Shown piece after piece: positions 17,666 through 27,577 of a stretch of DNA of 32,769 bases. Position 1 is the first letter of the stretch. Every line of letters starts with the position of its first letter. Source of the DNA: Nitrospinaceae bacterium. Its GTDB lineage: Bacteria; Nitrospinota; Nitrospinia; Nitrospinales; VA-1. The stretch is taken from positions 1 to 32,769 of the forward strand of contig JBHHVU010000035.1 of the NCBI GenBank assembly GCA_046754465.1, in the 5' to 3' direction. The translations under genes and the position numbers were made by a program. Below the pieces are notes generated by a model. That model did not search any database. It was given only the letters and a program-made list of their open reading frames with translations, and had not been told where the DNA came from.

Positions 17666-18916
17666 TCAGGAAAATTTTTTGAGAACGAGTGCGGAATTCT
17701 TGGATCCGAATGAAATACAATTGCTGATCGCCACCTGGATGGCTTTTTCCTTGCCTTCATTGGAGAGATAATCCATATCGCAGTCGGGATCGGGATTTTC
17801 CATGTTAATGGTGGGCGTTAAAAAACCGTCCCGCAGGGATAACACGGTGACCGTGACCCCCAGCGCCCCCGAGGCGCCCTGGGGATGCCCGACCATGGAC
17901 TTGGTGGAACTGACGGGAATTTCCATGGCATGGCTGTTGAACGCTTGCTTGACCGCCAGGGTTTCGATCTTGTCGTTGATCACCGTCGAGGTGCCGTGAA
18001 AATTGATGTAGTCCACCTCTTCCTTGTTGACCCGGGCGTCTTTCATGGCCATCTGGAGTGCGCGGGTGGACTGTTTTCCGTCGGGCATGATCGCCACCCG
18101 GTGGTAGGCGTCGCAGGTGCTTCCATACCCCAGGACTTCCGCGTAAATCGGGGCGTTCCTGCGCCGGGCGTGTTCCAATTCCTCCAGAATCATAATCCAG
18201 CACCCTTCCGCCAGAACGAATCCTTCCCGGTCCTTGTTGAAGGGCCGGGACCCGCGGGTGGGGTCATCATTAAAATGCACCGGGTTGGCCCGCATCCGTT
18301 CGAACCCCTGCATCATCGCGGGAGTGATGCAGGACTCGACCCCGCCGGTGAGAAACCAGTCTTCCTGGCCGAACCGGATCGCGTTGAAGGCGTAACCGAT
18401 GGCATCGGTGGAACTGGTGCACCCGTTGGAGATCACGTGGCTGCGGCCCTGGAATCCGAAATAGATTGAAATCTCGCTCGAGAGCATTCCCACCAGCGAG
18501 TTGGAGATCGCGTAAGGGCTGATCTTATGTTTTTGTCCGGAAAAAAATAACTTGAACTGTTTTTCCGAAAAGTCGAAACCTGCTCCCCCGCTTCCGATCA
18601 GCACGCCAAAATTTTCGAAATCGGCTTCGTCAAACATGTCGAGATCGATCCTGGAATCATCCAGGGCTTCCCGGGCGGCGGCGACCGCCATGGGAACCGA
18701 CCGGGGCAGTTTCTTCAATTCCGATTTTGGATAATACCCGCCGGGGTCGAATCCTTTAACCTCGCCCGCGATCTGGCAGGCCAGGCCTGACGGATCAAAG
18801 TGGGTGATGCGGCCGAGTCCGCTGACTCCCCGGCACGTGTTTTCCCAGAAATTCCTGATTCCCAAACCGTTGGGGCTGATCGCACCCAATCCGGTAATGA
18901 CGACTTTACGGAGCAT
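17666..18916 (-). CDS. fabF: Beta-ketoacyl-ACP synthase II family
   Basis: KVVITGLG, catalytic Cys (SNGCTSS), SRPFNKDREGFV, His (FHGTST), STKSMVGH, SFGSKNS. Confidence 0.88.
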   Translation of the reverse strand: MLRKVVITGLGAISPNGLGIRNFWENTCRGVSGLGRITHFDPSGLACQIAGEVKGFDPGGYYPKSELKKLPRSVPMAVAAAREALDDSRIDLDMFDEADFENFGVLIGSGGAGFDFSEKQFKLFFSGQKHKISPYAISNSLVGMLSSEISIYFGFQGRSHVISNGCTSSTDAIGYAFNAIRFGQEDWFLTGGVESCITPAMMQGFERMRANPVHFNDDPTRGSRPFNKDREGFVLAEGCWIMILEELEHARRRNAPIYAEVLGYGSTCDAYHRVAIMPDGKQSTRALQMAMKDARVNKEEVDYINFHGTSTVINDKIETLAVKQAFNSHAMEIPVSSTKSMVGHPQGASGALGVTVTVLSLRDGFLTPTINMENPDPDCDMDYLSNEGKEKAIQVAISNCISFGSKNSALVLKKFS

Positions 18917-19238
18917 ATTCAAAATAAAAAACCGGGTTTTCTTCGTATGATGAAGTTATGTTACCATAGGGGCGTGGAACGGGGCAACGTCCTCAATGGG
19001 GGTCGCCGCGTTCGGCGATTCCTTACTATACTATTATCATGATTTCACCGGGCGGCGGGTCTTTTTCGCAGATCCTCTTCACTCACCATCGAGTTTTCCA
19101 TCCCAGCCATTCGTGTTTGTGCACCGAACTCTTTTAAATCAGGGTAGCCCTGCCGGCCGGGCCGGTAGGAAAAATGATTTTCGTTTCATGTGTTCCCGGG
19201 TGACTTGACCCCCGAGGACCGGGAAGGAGGAACCCCGA

Positions 19239-20333
19239 TTGAAATCCACCTTGTCCCTAAAGGAACAAACCGGCCAGATGCTGATCACCGGTTTTGAGGG
19301 GACCGCCCTGAATCCGCGGATCGAGGACCTGATTTTGAACCGCCGCGTGGGCGGGGTGATTTTATTCGAGCGCAATTTCGAGACCCCCGGCCAGTTGCGG
19401 CACATGATCCAGGACCTGCAGGCTCTCGCGCAATCCGTTTCTCCCCATTTGCCGCTTTTTATCACCGTGGATCAGGAGGGCGGGCGGGTTTCCCGATTGA
19501 AGGCGCCCTTCACCCTCTTTCCCCCACCCTGCTGCCTGGGCCGTTCCCGGTCCGAATCCCTTGCGCGGCGGTTTGGCCGGGCGCTTGGCCGGGAACTTCG
19601 CGCGGTGGGAATCAATACGGATTACGCGCCGGTGCTGGATGTGAACACCCATTCCGCGAATCCCATCATCGGGGAACGCGCCCTGAGTGACGATCCCCAT
19701 TGGACCGCCAAGCTGGGGGCCTCGTTCATCCGTGGCATGAAAGAGGCCGGGGTCCTGTCCGTGGGAAAACATTTTCCAGGTCACGGGGATACCGGCGAGG
19801 ACTCGCATCTCACCCTGCCCACGGTCGGCAGGGAGGCTGCGTCCCTGGAGCGGGTGGAATTGATCCCCTTCGCGGCGGGGATCGAACAGGGACTGGATTT
19901 CATGATGACGGCCCATGTCATTTTCCGGGCCTGGGATGAAAAATACCCCGCCACATTTTCACAGAAGATTCTTCAGGGGATCCTCAGGCAGAAACTGGGT
20001 TTCAAGGGCCTGATCGTTTCGGATGATCTTGAGATGAAAGCGGTGGAAGACCATTTACCTTTTGAGGATTTTCCAGCGTTGGGAATCGAGGCCGGACTCG
20101 ATCTTTTCATGATTTGTCATGATACGGAGAAGACCCGGGCTCTTCAGGACCGGATGATTCAGGATATTGAAAATCGCCGCGTTGACCCTGGGAAAGTGGA
20201 GGCATCGGCCGGCAAAATACGGGCCGTGAAACGCGGGCTCCCTCCCGCCGAGGAGGGATTCGCAGATTTATCCGTCCTGGCGGAAAATCACCGTGCCCTG
20301 GTCGATGAAATGAAATCACACCTCGAGAATTAA
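19239..20333 (+). CDS. nagZ: Beta-N-acetylhexosaminidase (GH3)
   Basis: GGVILFERN, VDQEGGRV, APVLDV, KHFPGHG...DSH, MMTAHV, SDDLEMKA. Confidence 0.95.
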   Translation: MKSTLSLKEQTGQMLITGFEGTALNPRIEDLILNRRVGGVILFERNFETPGQLRHMIQDLQALAQSVSPHLPLFITVDQEGGRVSRLKAPFTLFPPPCCLGRSRSESLARRFGRALGRELRAVGINTDYAPVLDVNTHSANPIIGERALSDDPHWTAKLGASFIRGMKEAGVLSVGKHFPGHGDTGEDSHLTLPTVGREAASLERVELIPFAAGIEQGLDFMMTAHVIFRAWDEKYPATFSQKILQGILRQKLGFKGLIVSDDLEMKAVEDHLPFEDFPALGIEAGLDLFMICHDTEKTRALQDRMIQDIENRRVDPGKVEASAGKIRAVKRGLPPAEEGFADLSVLAENHRALVDEMKSHLEN

Positions 20334-20344
20334 ATCCCCCATCC

Positions 20345-22030
20345 ATGGACCCAAGCCCTTCACCCCGCCTGACCGGTTGGGATTTTTTCCGGTCCCGCCG
20401 GTTCCTGGGAGCCGCATTGTACCTGCTCCTGATGGGTTATTTTTATTCCTTTTCCCAGTACGGTTTCAACATCTGGGACGAGGGCGGGTTCGCCAACGGG
20501 ACCCTGAGAACCCTGAATGGGGAACAGGCGTTGGTGGATTTCAACCCCAACGGCTATCTTCCCGGACGGTATCTGTACGGGGCGATTTTCTTCAAACTGT
20601 TCGGTATCGATATCCGGAGCCTTCGTCTCGCGGTGATTCTTTTGACGCCCGGTATGGTTTTCATGGTTTATGCGGCTTCGCGAAAACTGATGCCCGCGGG
20701 TTTTGCCTTTCTTGCCGCGCTTTGCATGCTCTCGGCGCCCTCGATGTATTACAACCGGTTTTACCCTTTCTTTTGCGTTTTGAATCTGTTCTGCCTCCTT
20801 CGGGTGGTAGAAAGGTTCCAGGCCTCGCGGCTGGTTCTTTTGGGAAGTGTCATCGTTCTTACCGGATTTTTCAAATTTGAAATTGCCCTGATTTCCCTGA
20901 TAGTCAGCCTGGTCTTGATGGGGGTGATGCTTTCCCGTCCTGCGTGGAGGATGGGATTTCCCGGTTCCCAAAAACCCGGGACCGGGACGGGAGCCTTTGG
21001 GGCCGGGACTCTTTCCCGGTTGGCCCTGATATTCATGCCGGTCCTGTTTCTGGCTCTCGCCGCGTTTTTCATCAAGAACGATTTTTTTGTAAAGGTGTTC
21101 CGCCTGGTGGTCGATGCCCACGGGGTTTGGGGCAACCCGTTTCCGGAAATCTTCCCTTTCCATTCCCTTCTCGAACGGCTGGGACCCCACCAAATGTTCG
21201 AGCGCATTCTTTTCTACCTGCCGCTGTGGGTTTATGGAATCACCGGTGCGCTGTTGTTGGTCCGGCTGCTGCAAAAAAACTGGAAACCGGAAATAGGCGA
21301 CCTTCACCTGCTCGTGGTGTTGTCTTTCGGCATCGGGTCATTCGGACTGGTGATCTGGCGCGCCGGATTCGATAACCTGCTGCGCACGCTGCCCCCTTTT
21401 TATATACTGTTTTGCTATTTGCTTTTTTGGATCCACGAACGGGTGTTGCGTTTGCCCGTGTTCCCGGATGAAAAGAGAGCGGGCGTTTTCCCGTGGCGAA
21501 AAATACCGGTGAATGTCGCGGCGGTCTGCCTTCCCTTCATGTTCTGTTACGAGATGAATGTGAACCACGGGTTTTACGCCGGGACCATCGGCGCCGTGCA
21601 ACAGGAAACTCAACGGATTCAACTGGACCGGATGGATGTTTATACCAACCCGGCCGAGGCGGGATGGATCAAGGACGTGGTGGAACGCATCGAAATATAT
21701 TCGGACCGGGGCGATCCCATTCTGGCATTGCCCCTGAACCCGATCTTCTATTTTCTCACCGGCCGGGTCAACCCCACACGGTATGACTGGATCTTGCCGG
21801 GGATGTTGGATGGGGAAGAGGAAAAAAAAGTGGTGGAACGCTTGCGCACTCAAACGCCTAAACTGATCGTTTATGTGGACATTCCCATCGACGGGAAAGA
21901 GGAAAGGCGGTTGCTCCACTACGCTCCCCGGGTCTTCCGGTTTATCGAGGAAAACTATCAGTTCGAGGAAAGGATCGGTTTGTTTCAGATTCTTCTTCCC
22001 CGCAACCTCGAGCCCACGGCGATGAAATGA
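20345..22030 (+). CDS. Polytopic membrane glycosyltransferase-like protein (GT-C/ArnT-PMT-like)
   Basis: WDEG acidic motif after TM1, more than 10 TM segments, C-terminal soluble NPIFYFLTGRVNPTRY...PKLIV. Confidence 0.7.
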   Translation: MDPSPSPRLTGWDFFRSRRFLGAALYLLLMGYFYSFSQYGFNIWDEGGFANGTLRTLNGEQALVDFNPNGYLPGRYLYGAIFFKLFGIDIRSLRLAVILLTPGMVFMVYAASRKLMPAGFAFLAALCMLSAPSMYYNRFYPFFCVLNLFCLLRVVERFQASRLVLLGSVIVLTGFFKFEIALISLIVSLVLMGVMLSRPAWRMGFPGSQKPGTGTGAFGAGTLSRLALIFMPVLFLALAAFFIKNDFFVKVFRLVVDAHGVWGNPFPEIFPFHSLLERLGPHQMFERILFYLPLWVYGITGALLLVRLLQKNWKPEIGDLHLLVVLSFGIGSFGLVIWRAGFDNLLRTLPPFYILFCYLLFWIHERVLRLPVFPDEKRAGVFPWRKIPVNVAAVCLPFMFCYEMNVNHGFYAGTIGAVQQETQRIQLDRMDVYTNPAEAGWIKDVVERIEIYSDRGDPILALPLNPIFYFLTGRVNPTRYDWILPGMLDGEEEKKVVERLRTQTPKLIVYVDIPIDGKEERRLLHYAPRVFRFIEENYQFEERIGLFQILLPRNLEPTAMK

Positions 22031-22189
22031 GCCTCTCCCGGGCAACGAGACTTTTGCATAAGTATGATGTTTTATGTTGATGGATGGAGATAGGTCATAG
22101 CATCATCGCCACCCCACCTTGGTCCGGCATATAACGCAGGTCCAATTACCAGCCGAGGTATTCGGCCCGCCATATAAAGTATGACAATA

Positions 22190-23782
22190 CTACCAGCGAC
22201 GGTTCGCCGCCCGCCCCGTATTTCTGAGGGGCAACGTCACGATGAATTCGCTTCCCCGGTCCGGTCGGCTCCGGGCGGTGATGAAGCCGCCCAGCCGGGT
22301 CACCAGCCGGTGGCAAATGGTGAGTCCCATGCCGTTTCCCGGAAACCCGAGATCCGCGTGTAACCGTTGAAACGGTTTGAAAATGCGGTTGAGATATTTT
22401 TCGTCGAATCCCATACCGTTGTCCTGAACGATGATCTCGCCATAACCGGGGAGCGCCGGGATGCGCCGGATCTTGACCCGCGCGCGGGGCGTGGTTCGCC
22501 TGTGATGAAACTTGAGCGCGTTGGAAACCAGGTGATGCAGCAACCGCGATAACTGGAACCGGCTGGCCCGAAGCCGGGATAAAAGATTCGCCTCTCCCAT
22601 CCATTCAAATTCCACCCTCCCCCCGGTTTGCCGGATCCGGGTCTCCAGATGGGCGAGAATTTCCGATTGAAAGGATTCATTCGAAATCTTTTCCGCCTCC
22701 CCGGGATCCGATGTGATTTGGAATAAATCGTAAAGATCGCGCAGGAGTCCCTGCATTTTCCCGGCGGATTTCTGTATGCGGTGGAGAGTGTCGATTCCTT
22801 TCTCGTCGAGAACGCCGGCGTACCGGGTCAGGAGATCCCCCAGGATGATGATTTTGCGTAACGGTTCCTGTAAATCATGGGACGCAGTCCGGACAAAATC
22901 TTCCAAATCCTGGTGGCTTTGTTCCAGGGCGGCGGCGTAGTTTTTCATTTTCTCGTGAGCCCGGGAAAGTTCCTCAGTTCGTTCCGCGACCCGTGTTTCG
23001 AGCATATCGTTGACTTCACGCAACGCGCTTTCCAATAGTTTTTTTTCGCTGATGTCGCGCACCGTTCCCGTGAACACCCGCTCTCCATTGGTTCGGGTTT
23101 CACACACTTCCAGCAGAATCGTGAACGTGGTTCCATCTTTACGCCGCGCGGTCAGTTGCCTTCCAAATCCGATGATTTTGGGTTGCCCGGTCCGCAGATA
23201 GCGCCGGATATATTCGTCGTGTGCGCTTTTGTGGGGTTCCGGCATCAACCGGTTGATATTTTCCCCGGCGATTTCCCTGGCCGTGTAGCCGAACATTTGT
23301 TCCGCCACGGCGTTGAAGGACAGAATCCGCCCGCTTTGGTCGATGATGATGATCCCGTCGCTGACACGATCCAGGATGTTTTGTATTTGAGCTTCTTTTT
23401 CCCGTAACTGAATGAGGGTCCGGTGATGAAGAATCCTTTGCCGTCTTTCTTCTTTCAGGGATCCTTTCCATTTTTGGATCAATCCGGTGATGGCATCGGC
23501 GAGTTCTCCGATTTCGTCTCCGCCATGGAGCGGTTTTTCGCGAAAGGCCAGGTCCGCTCCGGCACCGTCAATGGTTTCCCTGAGCTGCCTTAACGGGCGA
23601 AACAAATATTGTGAGAGATAAAACTGGAGCAATGAGAGGAAGGCGATGGGAAACAAGATGGCAAAGGCGAACTGCAACGCCGATCCCCTCAAGTCGAACA
23701 CGCAAATCAGGACCCAAAAAAAGGTTCCCCCCGAGAAAATAAGGAGCAACCTGTTTTTTAATGACGATACTGTGAATTTCAT
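22190..23782 (-). CDS. Sensor histidine kinase: 2TM-HAMP-FixL-type PAS-HisKA-HATPase
   Basis: HAMP (RPLRQL...DEIGELA), PAS LMPEPHKSAHDEYIRRYLRTGQPKIIGFGRQLTARRKDG, H-box SHDLQEPLRKI, N/G boxes SNALKF, DNGMGF, GNGMGL. ATG 23782 is preferred over GTG 23821, which lies inside a repeat. Confidence 0.9.
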   Translation of the reverse strand: MKFTVSSLKNRLLLIFSGGTFFWVLICVFDLRGSALQFAFAILFPIAFLSLLQFYLSQYLFRPLRQLRETIDGAGADLAFREKPLHGGDEIGELADAITGLIQKWKGSLKEERRQRILHHRTLIQLREKEAQIQNILDRVSDGIIIIDQSGRILSFNAVAEQMFGYTAREIAGENINRLMPEPHKSAHDEYIRRYLRTGQPKIIGFGRQLTARRKDGTTFTILLEVCETRTNGERVFTGTVRDISEKKLLESALREVNDMLETRVAERTEELSRAHEKMKNYAAALEQSHQDLEDFVRTASHDLQEPLRKIIILGDLLTRYAGVLDEKGIDTLHRIQKSAGKMQGLLRDLYDLFQITSDPGEAEKISNESFQSEILAHLETRIRQTGGRVEFEWMGEANLLSRLRASRFQLSRLLHHLVSNALKFHHRRTTPRARVKIRRIPALPGYGEIIVQDNGMGFDEKYLNRIFKPFQRLHADLGFPGNGMGLTICHRLVTRLGGFITARSRPDRGSEFIVTLPLRNTGRAANRRW

Positions 23783-23809
23783 TAACAGGGGAGAAGGATC
23801 ATTTTTGTC

Positions 23810-23901
23810 TCCCTCTCCCACACGTGGGAGAGGGATGGGGTGAGGTTCTCAACCGGATTTCACGGCCGGGTTATAATTCGATTCCTGCAATACCCGGGCT
23901 A
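23810..23901 (-). repeat. Dispersed ~92-bp REP/MITE-like element, copy A
   Basis: Minus strand TAGCCC..TTGC.GAATCGAATTATAACC...CCTCACCCCATCCCTCTCCCAC-GT-GTGGGAGAGGGA, homologous to 32616-32709. Confidence 0.8.
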
Positions 23902-26900
23902 GAGTTTAAACCGGCTGATGAGTTTTTGGAGTTCCACGGCCATTCGCGCAAGTTCCTCGGCGGCGGTCCGGGTGTCCCCCGCGCCCTGGGTGGTGCTTTG
24001 CGCGGCGATGGCGACGCCGTTGATGTTCTCGGCGATTTCACCGCTTCCCTTGGCCGCGTCGCTCACGTTCCTTCCGATCTCGCCGGTGGTCGCGGTCTGT
24101 TCCTCGACGGCGCTGGCGATGGTTCCCTGAAAATCGTTGATCTTGTTAATGACCTTTGTGATTTGGTCGATCGCCCCGACGGCGTTCCCGGTATCGGACT
24201 GGATGGCCTGGATTTTCTGGCTGATGTCATCGGTGGCCCGGGCGGTTTGGTTGGCCAGTTCCTTGACCTCGTTGGCGACGACGGCGAATCCCTTGCCCGC
24301 CTCGCCCGCTCGCGCCGCCTCGATGGTGGCGTTGAGCGCCAGAAGATTCGTCTGCTCGGCGATGGAGGTGATGACCTTGATGACCTGCCCGATTTCCGCG
24401 CTGCTTTCGCCCAGTTTCCCTACCGTCTGGTTGGTCTCCTCGGTGATTTTAACGGCGGAAGCGCCGACCCGCGCCGCCTCGTTGGCGTTTTGAGCGATTT
24501 CCTTGATGCTCGTTCCCATTTCTTCCGCGGCGGTGGCGACGGTCTGTATGTTTTTGCTCACCTCGCCGGCGGCCGCGTTCACCACCTTGGCCTGTGTAGA
24601 GGTTTCTTCCGAATTGGCGCTCATCTGCTGGCTGGTTGCCGTCAGTTCCTCGGAAGAGGACCCCAGGGCCTGGGCGGTTTTCCCGATATTGGAAAGACTT
24701 TGCCTGAGGTCATTAATAAATTTGGCCAGTCCTTCACCCATCTGGCCGATGGCATCCGGCCCTTTAATGAGAATTTCCCGGGTGAGGTCACCCTCGGCCG
24801 CGGCATTGACCACCTCCAGCAGGCTATCGACTTTTTCCTGCATTTCCTGAGCCTGTTTTTTTTCACGCTCCTGCATTTCCTCGGCCTTTTTCGCATTGGC
24901 CAGTTTTTCCGTTATGATTTCCCAGGTGGCCATGGGGCCCAGATAGTTGTTGTCCTGATCGTAGATGGCGCTGACCAGGAGGTCGATGGTCTCCGGTCCC
25001 AACTGAATTTGAGCCTGGTGGGGCAGGTTCTTCGGATCGGAAAGGATCCGGCGCTGGTGGTCCGGGTTTTTGTGGAAGATATCAATGGATTGTCCCAGAA
25101 TATCCTCCGCCTTGACGGGAAGGTATTGCTCGATGGTTTTGAGGGTCCGGACCGATGCCGGGTTGTTGTACTGTATTTTCAAATCCCTGTCCGCGAATAC
25201 GACGTTGACCGGGGCATTTTCCATCATCGACATGACCCTTGCCATCTCCGTTTCGGTCCTCAGTTTTTCGGTCACGATTTCCCAGGTGGCCATGGGGCCG
25301 AGATAATAATTGTTCTGATCGTAGATGGCGCTGACCAGAAGGTCGATGGTCTCCGGTCCCAACTGAATTTGAGCCTGGTGGGGCAGGTTCTTCGGATCGG
25401 AAAGGATCCGGCGCTGGTGGTCCGGGTTTTTGTGGAAGATATCAATGGATTGTCCCAGAATATCCTCCGCCTTGACGGGAAGGTATTGCTCGATGGTTTT
25501 GAGGGTTCGGACCGATGCGGGGTTGATGTACCGGATGATCAAATCCTGATCCGCCAATACCAGGTTGGTGGGCGAGTTTTCCATCATCGACATGACCCGA
25601 GCCATCTCCGTTTCGGTCTTCAGTTTTTCGGTCACGATTTCCCAGGTAGCCATCGGGCCGAGATAATAATTGTTCTGATCGTAGATGGCGCTGACCAGAA
25701 GGTCGATGGTCTCCGGTCCCAACTGAATTTGAGCCTGGTGGGGCAGGTTCTTCGGATCGGAAAGGATCCGGCGCTGGTGGTCCGGGTTTTTGTGGAAGAT
25801 ATCAATGGATTGTCCCAGAATATCCTCCGCCTTGACGGGAAGGTATTGCTCGATGGTTTTGAGGGTTCGGACCGATGCGGGGTTGATGTACCGGATGATC
25901 AAATCCTGATCCGCCAATACCAGGTTGGTGGGCGAGTTTTCCATCATCGACATGACCCGGGCCATTTCCGCCGCGGTATTTTGTTTCTCCTTGGCCTGGA
26001 CCAGCATTTCTTCAAGATTTTTCTCGAACTCCCCTTCCAATCCGAAACGGTTCGATTCGGGGATTTTTTCATTCAGGAGGTTTTCGGCGTTTTTGAAAAA
26101 ACTTTTGACGTTATGGAAGAGGCGGTTGAAGGCGCCGGAAAGGCGCCCGAGTTCGTCCCGGGAGCGGACGGCCATTTCCCGCATGGATTTAAAATTTCCC
26201 GCCGCGAAGTTTTCCAATCCTTCCGCCAGGGAGAGAATGGGACGGGTCAGTGAGCGCGCGCTCCAGAAACCGAAAACCCCGATCAACCCCAGAAACACTG
26301 CGCTGATCAAAAAGATGCGTTGCTCGATGCCGATGATGGAGGCGTTCACCTCCGAATCCGGCATGCGGACGAGAACCGACCAGTTCATGCCCGGGAATCC
26401 CATGGTGCCTTTATGGTGCGCGTACCCCGTGGCCTGGACGATGTTTTTGCGCGCGTGGGTGGCGTATCCAAATCCCGACTTCTTTTCCTTCACCGCGGCA
26501 AGGGCCGCTTGCACTCCTTTCTCGGCCAGGTTCAGTTTCATCAACACGTCCAAATCCCGGATCACCCGGTGTTCGGTTCCCCTGCCGTAAGCCGGATCGT
26601 AATCGACGATCACCAGGCCCTTGTCATTGAGCAGCGTGAGTTCCACATTTGGGAATCCCTTTTGTTTCATGTTCCGGTAGGCATCCACGAAAATGTCTTC
26701 CACCAATGAAAAGCGGGCGAAATTGTGCCAAACGGCGATCACGTTTCCGGACGCATCATTCACTGGGGCGGCAAAACCCAGAGTGAGGCCAGCATCGCCC
26801 GGATAGGCTGTTTTCACATATTCATCGCCGTGCAAGGGAACGATGACCGTACCCGAGAATCCGGATTTCCCCCCAACATTTCCCTCCTGGCTGGTGTAGA

Positions 26901-27537
26901 ACCTTTTAGCCATGACATCCTGGAACCACGGGGTGTCCCGGAAATTTTGGGCATAAAGCGATTCGAAGGGAATCGGTTTCCCGTTTTGATCCCTGGAATT
27001 TACCGCGATCACCTTGCCCTCGAGATCCACGAGAAGCGTCAGGTAGTAGATGCCGTAAGTTTGAACGTACCGGTTCATGGCGTTGACAATGGGACCCCCC
27101 TTCTGATACCAGTTGTCCTGGTCTTGCACCACGGTGTTCAGTCCGAAGGCCTGAACATCCCCGTAACGTTCGAAAAGGTTCCGGTCAATTTTATCCGCGA
27201 TGTTTTCCGCCACGTTTTGCAGCGTTCCAGCGTTGATTTCCCGGACTTCCTTGAAGGAATAATTAATGAGGGCGGTGATGGATAACAGGGGAATCATGCC
27301 CGCGATCAGGAAAAGAATAATTTGTTTCCATTTCAGGCTTAGATGGTCCCATTTCCACCGGCTGCCCCTGGGCGCGGCAGGAGTGGGGACTTGTGTCGCA
27401 TACTCGCGGGAGGCCCGCCTTTCAGGGGGGGCTTGGGTTTCCTTTTCCTCAGGAAAGGATTTTCGGGAAATTTCCTGGGCCTCCAGAGTGGCCGTCTGTG
27501 AGGCTTCATAATCGATCACGGATGTTTTTTCGAGCAT
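23899..27537 (-). CDS. Methyl-accepting chemotaxis protein: TM-Cache-TM-HAMP-3x Aer2-type PAS-HAMP-MA
   Basis: Two TMs flank a periplasmic domain ([15 protein letters not shown]). Three [16 protein letters not shown]...ATWEI PAS repeats. Hairpin [45 protein letters not shown]. Confidence 0.95.
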   Translation of the reverse strand: MLEKTSVIDYEASQTATLEAQEISRKSFPEEKETQAPPERRASREYATQVPTPAAPRGSRWKWDHLSLKWKQIILFLIAGMIPLLSITALINYSFKEVREINAGTLQNVAENIADKIDRNLFERYGDVQAFGLNTVVQDQDNWYQKGGPIVNAMNRYVQTYGIYYLTLLVDLEGKVIAVNSRDQNGKPIPFESLYAQNFRDTPWFQDVMAKRFYTSQEGNVGGKSGFSGTVIVPLHGDEYVKTAYPGDAGLTLGFAAPVNDASGNVIAVWHNFARFSLVEDIFVDAYRNMKQKGFPNVELTLLNDKGLVIVDYDPAYGRGTEHRVIRDLDVLMKLNLAEKGVQAALAAVKEKKSGFGYATHARKNIVQATGYAHHKGTMGFPGMNWSVLVRMPDSEVNASIIGIEQRIFLISAVFLGLIGVFGFWSARSLTRPILSLAEGLENFAAGNFKSMREMAVRSRDELGRLSGAFNRLFHNVKSFFKNAENLLNEKIPESNRFGLEGEFEKNLEEMLVQAKEKQNTAAEMARVMSMMENSPTNLVLADQDLIIRYINPASVRTLKTIEQYLPVKAEDILGQSIDIFHKNPDHQRRILSDPKNLPHQAQIQLGPETIDLLVSAIYDQNNYYLGPMATWEIVTEKLKTETEMARVMSMMENSPTNLVLADQDLIIRYINPASVRTLKTIEQYLPVKAEDILGQSIDIFHKNPDHQRRILSDPKNLPHQAQIQLGPETIDLLVSAIYDQNNYYLGPMATWEIVTEKLRTETEMARVMSMMENAPVNVVFADRDLKIQYNNPASVRTLKTIEQYLPVKAEDILGQSIDIFHKNPDHQRRILSDPKNLPHQAQIQLGPETIDLLVSAIYDQDNNYLGPMATWEIITEKLANAKKAEEMQEREKKQAQEMQEKVDSLLEVVNAAAEGDLTREILIKGPDAIGQMGEGLAKFINDLRQSLSNIGKTAQALGSSSEELTATSQQMSANSEETSTQAKVVNAAAGEVSKNIQTVATAAEEMGTSIKEIAQNANEAARVGASAVKITEETNQTVGKLGESSAEIGQVIKVITSIAEQTNLLALNATIEAARAGEAGKGFAVVANEVKELANQTARATDDISQKIQAIQSDTGNAVGAIDQITKVINKINDFQGTIASAVEEQTATTGEIGRNVSDAAKGSGEIAENINGVAIAAQSTTQGAGDTRTAAEELARMAVELQKLISRFKL
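24901..25980. repeat. Three 360-bp tandem PAS-coding repeats
   Basis: 25261-25599 and 25621-25959 differ at only 2 positions. 24961-25140 differs from the next copy at 1 position. Confidence 0.97.
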
Positions 27538-27577
27538 CGAATTCGTGGCTCCTTAAAAAATAAATAATCCTTTTTTG

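Noticed and set aside
17653..17760. Longer N-terminus of the DUF1318 ORF
   Set aside because: It overlaps fabF. The signal peptide fits a start at 17652.
22047..22063. GAGACTTTTGCATAAGT as an IS5-like/MITE terminal repeat
   Set aside because: No partner end or transposase seen in the window; too short to support.
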